Source of the DNA: Alphaproteobacteria bacterium
GTDB taxonomy: Bacteria > Pseudomonadota > Alphaproteobacteria > SHVV01
Direction of reading: 5' to 3'
Length of the DNA: 64,000 nt
NCBI GenBank assembly: GCA_965261735.1
Contig: OZ253470.1
Span: forward strand, 3,200,001 to 3,264,000
The notes below the pieces were generated by a model that saw nothing but the letters and a program-made list of their open reading frames with translations, did no database searches and was not told the origin of the DNA. A program made the translations under genes and the position numbers. The stretch's first letter is position 1. Every line of letters starts with the position of its first letter. Positions 53,486-63,403 of this stretch are shown one piece after another.

Positions 53486-53764
53486 ATGATCGGAAGCATT
53501 CGGCACAAGGCGCTTCGCAACTACTGGACCAAGGGCCGGCGAAGGGTCTGAGCCGAGTGGACACGGAAGCTGCGCCGAATTCTCTCGGCGCTCGAAGCCG
53601 CGGACAGGCCGGAGCAGATGAACTATCCCGGATCGTGCTTTCATCCCCTGAAGGGCGACCGGGCGCGCCGATACGCCGTTCGCCTGACGGCCAACTTCCG
53701 CGTCACCTTCAGATGGGATGACGACGGCGCGGCGGATGTGGACATAGAGGACTATCACCGATGA
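53486..53764 (+). pseudogene. higB: HigB-like toxin pseudogene
   Basis: MIGSIRHKAL..TGA at 53549-53551, then in frame AEWTRKL..FHPLKGDR..ANFRVTF..DIEDYH. Confidence 0.85.
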
Positions 53765-54066
53765 TCGAGAGACATCCTTCCATAGACCCGGTACATCCCG
53801 GGGAGATCCTGCGCGAGGATATCCTGCCCGCGCTTTCCATGAGCAAGACGGCCGTGGCCGATGCGCTCGGGATATCCCGGCAGACGCTTTACGACATCCT
53901 CAACGAGAAGCAGCCGGTCACCGCCGAGATGGCGGTTCGTTTCGGCAAGCTGTTCGGCAACGGCGCCGGCTTCTGGGTAAACCTGCAACGCATTCACGAC
54001 CTGGCGCTTGCAGAACGCACGGTGGACGTCTCCGGAATACCAACCCTCGAAGCGCGGGCCGGTTGA
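53761..54066 (+). CDS. higA: HigA antitoxin
   Basis: HPGEILRED..LGISRQTL..VTAEMAVR..FWVNLQ. Confidence 0.92.
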   Translation: MIERHPSIDPVHPGEILREDILPALSMSKTAVADALGISRQTLYDILNEKQPVTAEMAVRFGKLFGNGAGFWVNLQRIHDLALAERTVDVSGIPTLEARAG

Positions 54067-54521
54067 GTGACCGGAGCGGGCGAGAATGTTTCGAAGCTCG
54101 ATGACGCCCTCATGGGTCCCTCGACACATATCGGGTCCATAGCGTCAATGGAAGCCGAACAAGCGGCACCAGCCCCGGCGGCAGCGACACCAACTCCGTG
54201 TTGATTCTGGCCCATTGACAAGGTCACCGCATGACGGACCGCTCCGATGCCCGTGATCGGATTCGTCGACCTCGACCGGCGATTTCGCGACCGGACAGAC
54301 GCGGAACTCGAGCATAGCGAACTCGAAGACGCCGAGACTTTCGCTTCCCTGGATGGGCTGGGGCTTGGCTCGAGCATTGGCTGGACGGCGCTCCTCGAAC
54401 ACGCCCGGGTCGTCCTTCCGTGATCCGCTCGTGGCGCAACGCGGCCAGTCGTAAGGTCTGGGAAGGAGAGACGCCGAACCGGTTTCGCGGCCTGCACGGG
54501 TGAAGGTAATAAGCGGCCACT

Positions 54522-54814
54522 GAGGGGGGAGTGCGGTTGGTTGCACGCGCCGGCCTCAGTCGCCGGCCGGACGATTCCACGGCTCGGCGTTACCAATACG
54601 TCCGGTGGGGGCGTATGATTTCCGAATCTCAAAAACCCGGGCACTGTCGGATTCGAGCGACATGCGCGCGCAGGGATACGCGGCAGTTGGAATTCATCCG
54701 CTTCCGGAGTGCTGACGGAGAGCAAATTCGAGCGCTACCGGAACTCCCAGAGGGTGGAAAAATATATCAGTATATCAGTGGGTTAGGAGAGGCCCTGGCG
54801 GGCGCAGCGGCCCT
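54522..54814. repeat. 293-bp inverted repeat, right copy
   Basis: Reverse complement of 8388-8680. Confidence 0.9.
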
Positions 54815-54825
54815 CAAAAGAACTT

Positions 54826-55233
54826 ATGGAGAAGGTGCCCGCCTGGCCCGATTTCATCAGGTCGATCACGCGCTGGGATCGAGTTGAACCAGGAACACTA
54901 ACACTCGATAACGTCCAGCCCCTCCCTGGCCCAGCGCTCCGGAGCGTAGATAGCCTTGGTGTGGAGCCTAACGACATTTTCAATGATTACGTTGCGCAAT
55001 ACGCGGATTTCCTGCATCACCGCCGTGGCGAGCGTCGTTTCTATGGTGCCATCGCGCGCGCAGGCGGTTGCAGCCACGTTGCGGCCATAAGCCAGCAGAT
55101 AACGCCAGCGAAGGAGGACCGTCTTGAGGTCTATTCCGACGCGAAACTACGGGACGTTTTACAGATTTCGACCAGTAATGTGGTTGAGGTTGACGTTTTC
55201 AACAAGGCAGATTGGTCGGAGATCACCAAGTAG
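54826..55233 (+). CDS. DUF120/CTP-dependent riboflavin-kinase-like protein, probably N-truncated
   Basis: PGTLTL and LEVYSDAKLRDVLQI...VEVDV resemble the PGTLN and LE..A..KLR..L..GD.V motifs. Confidence 0.45.
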   Translation: MEKVPAWPDFIRSITRWDRVEPGTLTLDNVQPLPGPALRSVDSLGVEPNDIFNDYVAQYADFLHHRRGERRFYGAIARAGGCSHVAAISQQITPAKEDRLEVYSDAKLRDVLQISTSNVVEVDVFNKADWSEITK

Positions 55234-55573
55234 GGATCACGAACTGGGTGAGCCACGGCGTGGTGGCGTGTCATTAAAACCCGAACAAGGGATTGGCGAG
55301 TCGTCAACAAACCAAAGACCGTATCTATACCACCCGAGATTGCTCGGCAGGCGACAGTACGCCGCGTCTGGTTCGGCAGCGGCCATGATCTGAAGATCAA
55401 GGCCCTCACTGTCTGCCGCGATCACCGGTGCGGACGACAAGCTTCGGGCCGCCAGCGAAATCGCCCTTGACCGATGCGGGCGCGTGCCAAGTTGCGCGGG
55501 GCGTCTCGCAGGACAGCCGGAAGGGCCCTTTTGCGTCTTCGTCAGCCATTGCAATTGGACCGCTCCACGGTCT

Positions 55574-56740
55574 TCATTGCCCCGCGAGGAGCGACGCCAA
55601 CTCGCCCAGGCCAATCACCTCGATTCCTTCGCCCTTGGGATACCGATCGTCGCCCGAATACACGACGAAGGAGCGCTCTGGATTGAGGTCTTCCCGCGCG
55701 TGGTGGAATCCCTTGTCGAGTCTCGGCGCGAGACCGCGCTTGATTTCGACCGCCCACAGCTTTCCGCCCGGCATCTCCAGCAACAGGTCGATTTCGGCGC
55801 CGGCGGCCGTTCGGTAAAACCATGTCTTCACCCGCTCCGGTGCCGCGCCGACCAGGTTTTCCAGTACGAACCCTTCCCAGCTTCCGCCGGCGACGGGATG
55901 ACCCAGCACCGCTTCCCGGTCATCGAGGCCGAGCAGCGTGTGCACGATGCCGCTGTCGCGCACATAGACCTTCGGGGATTTCACCAAGCGCTTGCCGACA
56001 TTGGCGTGGAAGGGAGACAGGCGCCGCACCAGCAGGAGATCGACAAGCAGGTCGAGATAGCGGGAGACCGTCTTGCCGTCGACGCCGAGGCCGCGCGCGA
56101 GCTGAGCCGCGTTGAGCGTGCCGCTTTGCAGATGGGCCAGCATGGTCCAGAAGCGGCGTAACGTTTCCGCCGGCACGCGCGGCCCGAGCAGCGGGATGTC
56201 GCGTTCCAGGTATGTGCGGATAAAATTCTCCCGCCAGACTGCGCTGGCTCTGTCGCTCTCCGGGAGAAAGCTGTCGGGGAACCCGCCCCTGGTCCAAAGT
56301 TTCTCGCGCGCGTCGCCATCTACCTCGAGAACGTTGAATGGCCCCAACTCGACATAGGCAATGCGACCAGCCAAGGATTCGCCTGACTGCTTGAGCAGGT
56401 CAATCGACGCCGAGCCCAGCAGCAGGAATCGGCCCACCCGGATGTCGCGGCGGCGGCCCTTGTCGATGAGGCCGCGAAGCGTCTGGAACAGCTCCGGCAT
56501 TCGCTGGACCTCATCCAGGATCACCAGCTTGTCTTCATGGCCGGACAGGTAAAGCGCGGCATCGGTCAGTTTCTCGCGGTCCGCCGCGTCCTCAAGGTCG
56601 AGATAGACGCTCGGTCGGTCTTCGACGACAAGCTCGGCCAGTGTTGTCTTGCCCACCTGGCGAGGTCCGAGCAGTGCCACCGCCGGAAACTGGTTCAGCC
56701 GGGCGCTAACGAGCTGCGATTTATGGCGCGGTATCATCAT
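55574..56740 (-). CDS. AAA_14 ATPase with DUF4143 domain
   Basis: GPRQVGKTT, ILDEVQR, LLGSAS, ESLAGR, GGFP, KSPKVY.DSG, EIDL..VEIK. Confidence 0.92.
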   Translation of the reverse strand: MMIPRHKSQLVSARLNQFPAVALLGPRQVGKTTLAELVVEDRPSVYLDLEDAADREKLTDAALYLSGHEDKLVILDEVQRMPELFQTLRGLIDKGRRRDIRVGRFLLLGSASIDLLKQSGESLAGRIAYVELGPFNVLEVDGDAREKLWTRGGFPDSFLPESDRASAVWRENFIRTYLERDIPLLGPRVPAETLRRFWTMLAHLQSGTLNAAQLARGLGVDGKTVSRYLDLLVDLLLVRRLSPFHANVGKRLVKSPKVYVRDSGIVHTLLGLDDREAVLGHPVAGGSWEGFVLENLVGAAPERVKTWFYRTAAGAEIDLLLEMPGGKLWAVEIKRGLAPRLDKGFHHAREDLNPERSFVVYSGDDRYPKGEGIEVIGLGELASLLAGQ

Positions 56741-57199
56741 TACAAATGTGGTATTCTATACCAGAAATACAAGGATAAATGAGGAGCAGCTCCCACCTAT
56801 CCTAGCAAATTCGCCATTTGCAAGGATCCAGCGGGCTACGCCAAGCGTGATCGCGGGCTGCAGATGTCAGGATACCACGATGAGGCCTCCAGACCCCAAC
56901 ACGACCTCCACAAGATATGGTTGAAAAACGCCTCGCGGGCGACCAAGCCAAACCGGTGCCGTCTACAGCGCCTCTGGCTGGATCGATGTCGAAACCACCC
57001 TGGGCGGGGCGCCACGACCGGCACACCAAACGCGCCCAGCCCAAAAAGAACATCCGGCTCCGGCCCCTCAGAAAGACCGGAAGCGAATTCTCAATCAGTG
57101 AATCTACGCCGCGACCGGCGGGTTCGAGATGACTGCCTCAGTCAACTTGGGGGCGTGCCCGCCGCAGACTCGCGCCTCTCTACACGGCACCACCAAATC

Positions 57200-57334
57200 G
57201 TATCCGTTCGGCGAAGCCGTGATGGTCAGGGCGGACGGAGGCGGTGAACGGCCGCCTTGGCGGGAAATCGGCCGGCTGCGCGCTCCGACCTCTCGCGCCA
57301 GCCAGACGGTTCCACGGCTTGAACGAACGGATAC
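57200..57334. mobile_element. 135-bp MITE inserted in repeat D
   Basis: 11-bp IR gtatccgttcg/cgaacggatac; ccaaatc duplicated; empty site present in the other two copies of repeat D. Confidence 0.85.
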
Positions 57335-57460
57335 CCAAATCTGGACCCGAACGGCCGCTGACGGATTCCGACGACAAACGCGCGCCCGGATGCCCTGGAG
57401 TTGGATTCAATCCGCTTTCGGCTTGATTACGGCACGCCCTACCGGGTCCTGCGGACGGCA

Positions 57461-57988
57461 CGCCGCAAGGCGTTTGTCCGCAAGTGACGGCTGAAATGCA
57501 GGGCCGTCGCGGACAGCCTCGCAGAAGCGGGCGACAAGCTCTTTACCTTCACGCGCCTGTCCAAGAGCCAATGGAAATCAGCCCGAACGACCAACGCCAT
57601 TGAGCGTCTCAACGAGGAGTTCAAGCGCCGGATCAAAACACAGACCGTGCTGCCGTGTCCCGAAACAGTGCCGATACTCCTCTGGGCGCTCCTCGCTTCC
57701 GGCCAAATCCAGATGCGCAAAGTCGATGGATGGGAAACCCTCGATCAGCTAATCGCCGACGAAACCCTTGACCGCGCGGCCTGACCGCCGCAAAACTCAA
57801 CCCGCTCGGAGAGGCGCCAAAACCAATTTCCACCACTTTCGAGACACAACCCATCGATGAGGTCTACAACTCACGACGTCTCCACTCCGCGCTCGGATAT
57901 CTGAGCCCGGTACAGTTCGAGGATCAACATGCCCGGCATACGGTCAAGGCCGCCGAGTGATCCTGTCCGGACATAGGGGCGCACTCCA
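57461..57988 (+). mobile_element. 3' fragment of IS256-A (57461-57851) adjoining an IS3-family 3' end
   Basis: Matches about 22614-23004 with a TGA; then [17 protein letters not shown] and an IR ending ggggcgcactcca. Confidence 0.85.
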
Positions 57989-58051
57989 ATTGACACCAAC
58001 CCGGCTATAGCACCACGCCCAATGCAGGCCCGGTCTTAGCCAGCCGGGGAA

Positions 58052-58987
58052 CTACTGGCGTGTCGCGCCGAACGCACCGAGTATCTGGCTATGCTCGAAG
58101 ACCCCGCCGGCTTCCTCGTGGTTAGGACCGTAAAATTTACCCTCGATCACGTTTCCCTCTGATCCTGTTTTGAAACCGCCATCCGTCACCGGGAGGGCAC
58201 TCCAGGTAATGTCGGCGCGCTGGCTATGGTCATCAAGATCGAAGATATTGGTGAAAGAAATGCTGACCATCGGGTTCGCAAAATCTACGATGGTGATCTC
58301 GGCATCGCCCTGGATCTTATGACCACGCGCCACCGTAGCGCTCACGTCCGCGCCGACAACGACGCCGGTCCAGGTGCCGCTTCCGCCTTCTGCAATCGGG
58401 TTGGTACCCGTCGCATCGCCGACCGAGTAGCTGTGGCCGAACGCCGTGCCCTGAAGGATGCCTCCGTTGATCTCGTCAGTCTCGGAGATGAAAAAGCTGT
58501 GCTCAAGCCAGCCGCCATAGCCAAAGTAGTCAAACGAAGTGCCAGCAATCCGGCCCTTCCCACGGCCTTGGGCAAGAGACACACCACGATGACTTGAAAC
58601 GGCTTGATATTCGATGCCCGAACCTCGGAAATCCAAGTTCGAGAAGGTCAGGGACAGCCCGGTAGCTAAAAAACTTGACGTGCATTCGGCACCGCTGCAA
58701 AAGCTCTTGCCGCGAGAGGGAGAGCCAACATTAACGAAAACAAGAAGATCGCTCAAAAGCAACGAATCCGCGGCCCGAATTAATCGGTCCACGTTCGGGC
58801 CAACGTCCGCTCTGGAAAAGGCAGGAAGTTCCCCACCGACGAGCGACCGCACCGTCGCTGGGTTCAATGGCCAGGCAATATGGGAGACCGGCGCAACGTC
58901 GCCGCTGCCTCCACCACCACCGCTGCAAGCGGCGAGAAGCAGCAGGACAGAACCGGCGAACGTGGAACACAGAAAAATGCGGGGCAC
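58052..58987 (-). CDS. Surface lipoprotein 5, compact TbpB-like barrel protein
   Basis: AGGAG RBS before GTG; LLAA-C-SGGGGG; GTWTGVVVG; IEGKFYGPNHEEAGGVF..GAFGATRQ. Confidence 0.88.
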   Translation of the reverse strand: MPRIFLCSTFAGSVLLLLAACSGGGGGSGDVAPVSHIAWPLNPATVRSLVGGELPAFSRADVGPNVDRLIRAADSLLLSDLLVFVNVGSPSRGKSFCSGAECTSSFLATGLSLTFSNLDFRGSGIEYQAVSSHRGVSLAQGRGKGRIAGTSFDYFGYGGWLEHSFFISETDEINGGILQGTAFGHSYSVGDATGTNPIAEGGSGTWTGVVVGADVSATVARGHKIQGDAEITIVDFANPMVSISFTNIFDLDDHSQRADITWSALPVTDGGFKTGSEGNVIEGKFYGPNHEEAGGVFEHSQILGAFGATRQ

Positions 58988-59502
58988 GAAAACGCTCCTA
59001 TTATAACTGCCTCGACCACCTCGGCCGTGCTTCCACTACCGAAACCATTGCACATGCGGATTTTAGTGATTGCGGACAGTGATTTCACAAAGTCCCGGAC
59101 AGTTCTGACTGAGGGGACCTTGTTACTGACAACCTTGATTGTCTTCGGGTTTGGTTGTTTGGGTCAAGTCTGTTGTGGATTTTTAGGTGCGCAGGATAGG
59201 GGTCTGGTCATCGCGCGAGGTGCCATCGCGGGTGAACGACCCTGCGACGGTCGTCAGATCGTGCCCGCGGCAGAGTTGCGTGCGCAATTGACACAACTCC
59301 CGCTCCGTCGGACGGTGATCCTCCCCCATTGGATTGGTCCATCCTTAGGTTTGGGAATGAGGAGGACCAGCGATGGCAAGGAAGCGTTACAAGCCGGAGG
59401 ACATCGTCAGCCTGCTGCGGCAGGCGGAGGTTCTGCACGGCCAGGGCATGTCGATGGTGGACGCGATCTGACAGCTGGGAATCAGCGAGGTCACGTATTA
59501 CC

Positions 59503-62203
59503 TCTATGGACGGCTCTCCCGTTGCATCTATGGACGGCTCTCCCGTTGCAAGGGATGTTGATCTGAGCGACGTGGGTCAGTTGCAAACATCTATCCGGCA
59601 TCACCCATAGTGGGGTGCCCAAATGGGGAATCCGCGCGCACCCGCCTCTACAGCTGGTAGGCCTCAGAGGCCTCGATAATAGTCAGGCTCGTGGCGCGCC
59701 GGTCCGACCTGTGCAGCTCATTTCGTCATCGTCTCGCAACCTCGTAGTGGGCCCTCAGCCAGCGGCGCGGTAGGCTCCGCCGCTCCGAAGCACGGCCCAG
59801 ATGATCCGTGCGTTCTTGTTGGCGACGGCCACCGTGGCCCGGTTGAAGCCACGCCGCCGGTGAAGCTGGTTGACCCAGGTGTTGAAGGGATCCGCCTTTC
59901 CTGCCGCCGTGCGGACGACGGATCGGGCGCCATGCACGAGCAGGGATCTCAGGTGCTGGCTGCCGCGTTTGGAGATGCCGAGCAGGACGGTGCGCTGACC
60001 GCTGGAGTGCTGGCGTGGGACAAGCCCGACCCAAGCGGCGAGGTGGCGGCCGTTCTTGAACTCCGTACCATCGCCGATGGCGGCGATGACCGCGGTGGCG
60101 GTCTTGGGCCCCACCCCCTTGATGCGGGCGATCCGCTGGCAGTCCTCCGACGCGCGGAACACTCGCTCGATCTTCTTGTCGAAGCTGGCGATCCTGAGAT
60201 CCAGGTCCCTGAACAGGTCGTGGAGTTCGCCGATCGCCTCGCGGGCCAGGGCGGTCAACTCGTTCTCCTCATCGGTGAGGATCTCCGGAATCATCCGACG
60301 CGCCCTGGTGATGCTCTTTGGGAAGGCGATGCCGCGATCGAGCAGGAGCCCGCGGATCTGACTGACCACGGCGGTGCGGTGGTTGACCATGCGCTGACGA
60401 GCCCGATGCAGAGCCTGGATGTCCTGCTGCTCGATCGACTTCTTCGGCACGAAGCGCATGTGCGCCTGTCGGGCTTCTGGCGCCGCACGAAGGGCTTCAC
60501 GTATTGGGGGCTGATAATCTTCACCTTGTGCCCGAGCTCCTCGAACTTCCGTTGCCAATAAAAGGCCCCGGTGCAGGCTTCGATGGCGATGGTGCAGGGC
60601 TCGATCTGGACGATGACCTGGAGCAGCTGGTCGCGCATCACGCGACGCTTCAGAATGAGGCGGCCGTTACGGTGGTTGTGTCTCGAAAGTGGTGGAAATT
60701 GGTTTTGGCGCCTCTCCGAGCGGGTTGAGTTTTGCGGCGGTCAGGCTGCGCGGTCAAGGGTTTCGTCGGCGATTAGCTGATCGAGGGTTTCCCATCCATC
60801 GACTTTGCGCATCTGGATTTGGCCGGAAGCGAGGAGTGCCCAGAGGAGCATCGGCACTGTTTCGGGACACGGCAGCACGGTCTGTGTTTTGATCCGGCGC
60901 TTGAACTCCTCGTTGAGACGCTCAATGGCGTTGGTCGTTCGGGCTGATTTCCATTGGCTCTTGGACAGGCGCGTGAAGGTAAAGAGCTTGTCGCCCGCTT
61001 CTGCGAGGCTGTCCGCGACGGCCCTGCATTTCAGCCGCCACTTGCGGACAAACGCCTTGCGGCGGGTTTCCACCTCGGAGGCAGTGTCGGCATAGATCAT
61101 ATCGCGGTAATCTTCGCTCAGCTCGTCATGCATGTGTTTGGGAGCATGACCCAGAAGGTTGCGGTGCTTGTGCACGGTGCAGCGTTGAACGGGAAGGTCA
61201 TCGCCCCAAAGCGCCGACAGAGCCGCCTCCAGTCCCGGCGCGCCATCGACGATGACAAACCCGGGCCGTTTCAGTCCACGCGCATCAAGGTCGTCGAGGA
61301 ACTGGCGCCACGCCGCCTGGCTTTCTCCGCCCATATTCCCGATCGAAAGCAAGACCTTCTGGCCATCCCGGCGCACCCCTATAGCCGCGAGAACCGAGAT
61401 GTTGGTGGCCTTGCGGTCCAGTCGGGTCTTGATCACAGTGCCGTCAAGGATCAGCCGAACGATATCCTCATCCGCGAGGCCACGGCTGCACCAGGCGTCC
61501 CAATCGACCTTCACCTTGCGCCACGCCCGGCTCACAACGTCCTTGCTCACAGCACCCCGGAAGAGCCCGAACAGCGCGCGTTTCACCCGCCGCGTGTTGG
61601 TTCCGGACAGATACACCGAAGCGATCAGCGCCTCGGCCTTTCTGGTCAGCCGCTGGTAGCGCGGCAGCGCCCGCGAACGCCATTCCGACGCCCGACCGTC
61701 TTCCTCAACGATCCGCGCACGCGGCACGCTCACCCTCTCGGTCCCGAATGTCCCCGTCAGTTGCCGCTCCCGGTGCCCGTTCCGATACCCTTGCCGAAGC
61801 GCGTCCTCTCGACCGTATCGGCAGCGCCCGAGAAACTGCGCAAGTTCCTCCTCAAAAACGGCCTCGATCGTGGATCTGATGTTCTCCCGCAGCCGGTCCT
61901 CGAGCGGATCATAGCCGGCGTCATTGGCCAGTAGCGAAAGCGCGGAAGTCTCGGTAGTGTTCTTCATGGCGTGATCTCCTTGGCGGTGCTAGCCGCCGAT
62001 TGGGTGGTTGTCTTGTCACCCGGAGATTACGCCATCCTCAAATTTCCACCACTTTCGAGACACAGCCGTTACGGTTGACGCCATGGAGTTGGAACACAGT
62101 CTTGGCGATATCGATGCCGAGTGTCTCGATGGTCATGGTCTCCTCCTCGATACGTTCAGGCCCTCAGGATGAAGCGGTGGAGGGAGAGCCGTCCATCCCA
62201 TTA
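59503..62203 (-). mobile_element. IS110/IS1111 element (transposase 62136-59755, frameshifted and split by IS256)
   Basis: Sub-terminal IR atggacggctctccc 7 nt and 3 nt from the ends; no TSD; LGIDIAK, IEAC, GVGPKTA, SSG, NKNAR. Confidence 0.9.
60674..62067 (-). mobile_element. IS256-family element A, copy 3 (transposase 61967-60741)
   Basis: Same IRs as copy 1; TSD gttacggt; 1394 bp. Confidence 0.95.
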
Positions 62204-62764
62204 GCTGGCGCAAGGAGTACGGCGGGATGAGCGGCGATCAGCGTCGCCGCCTCAAGGAGCTTGAGAAGGAGAACGAGCGGCTGCGCCGCGCGGTCTCGGA
62301 CCTGACGCTGAACAAGCAGATTCTCAAGGAGGCGGCCCGGGGAAACTTGTGAGCCCCTCGCGTCGTCGCCAGTGCATCGACCATGTCCGTGGCCGGCTCG
62401 GGATCTCGGAACGGTGTGCCTGCCGGGTGCTGGGGCAGCACCGCTCGACCCAGCGCCGTATCCCGCGCGGCCACGACGACGAGGATCGTCTGGTCGCGGA
62501 CATGATCGAGCTGGCTCGCCGCTATGGCCGTTACGGCTATCGCCGGATCGCGGCTCTGCTGCGCGACACCGGCTGGCAGGTCAAACGACAAGCGGGTCGA
62601 ACGCCTGTGGCGGCGCGAGGGGCTGAAGGTGCCCGGCAAGCAACCGAAGCGGGGCCGGCTCTGGCTCAACGACGTATCCTGCGTCCGGCTCCGCGCCGAG
62701 CGGGCCGACCATGTCTGATCCTATGACTTTGTGCATCACCGGACCCATGATGGCCGGGCCTTTC

Positions 62765-62960
62765 GTATCCGAGATAGTGGTAGCGGGCGACGAACTCGTT
62801 CCAGAGCTTGCTCTCCCGGGTGCCGCGCACGACGGGGCGCAGGTCGAGCGGACGGACCTCGCCGAGGGTCGTCGGGGCCGGGAACAGCGGCGGTTCGGTG
62901 TCCAGCCCGAAGACGATCGGCCCGGGCCGGTTCTGCTGTCCCTGCGGCGCCGGCAGGGCG
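62765..62960 (-). pseudogene. DUF4338 (DruA-like) fragment
   Basis: LDLRPV...SKLWNEFVARYHYLG motif. Confidence 0.6.
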
Positions 62961-62992
62961 ATCAGACCGTCCCTGTGCATGGCCAGCATGGC

Positions 62993-63154
62993 GGCCTGAC
63001 GCGCTCGTTCCGGCTCAACGCCTACAATCGCGCCTTCACGGTGGAGGGGTTCAGCCCGCAGGTCTCCGTTGTGCAGGAGGAGCGGACCTCGAACGCGCAG
63101 CTTCACGACTACAAGCGCATCTACGGCGAGCTGAGATTCGTGCGCCTGTTCTGA
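62993..63154 (+). pseudogene. Slam C-terminal remnant
   Basis: LTRSFRLNAYNRAFTVEGFSPQ..NAQLHDYKRIYGELRFVRLF. Confidence 0.88.
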
Positions 63155-63403
63155 CGCCATAGGACAGCGTAAGCCGGTCTTTCGGAGACCACCCAGCCCT
63201 TGGGAGGCGCGGCAAGCCTCCGCTCCCGTCGTGGCATGGGAACGCCGCGATGCCCTAGCGCAATACGGTTTAAGCATTGCCGAGGTGCCCAGGCGCACGG
63301 AGACCGTGGAGCGGAAGGCGATTGCTTGGCCATCTCAAGCCGGCGCGGAGGTGGCGCTACCTGTACGCAAGCAGAGCCTGCGAGTCCGTGATTGGCCGGC
63401 GAC

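Larger units (their letters stand above)
59316..62768 (+). mobile_element. Degenerate IS3-family (IS407-like) element split by IS1111
   Basis: IRL tgatcctcccc; orfA MARKRYKPEDIV..TYY (to 59502) resumes RWRKEYGG at 62204; orfB YGRYGYRRI with frameshift and stop. Confidence 0.85.

Noticed and set aside
62765-62960. Druantia defence system
   Set aside because: Only a small DUF4338 fragment among IS debris; no DruE helicase or partner genes
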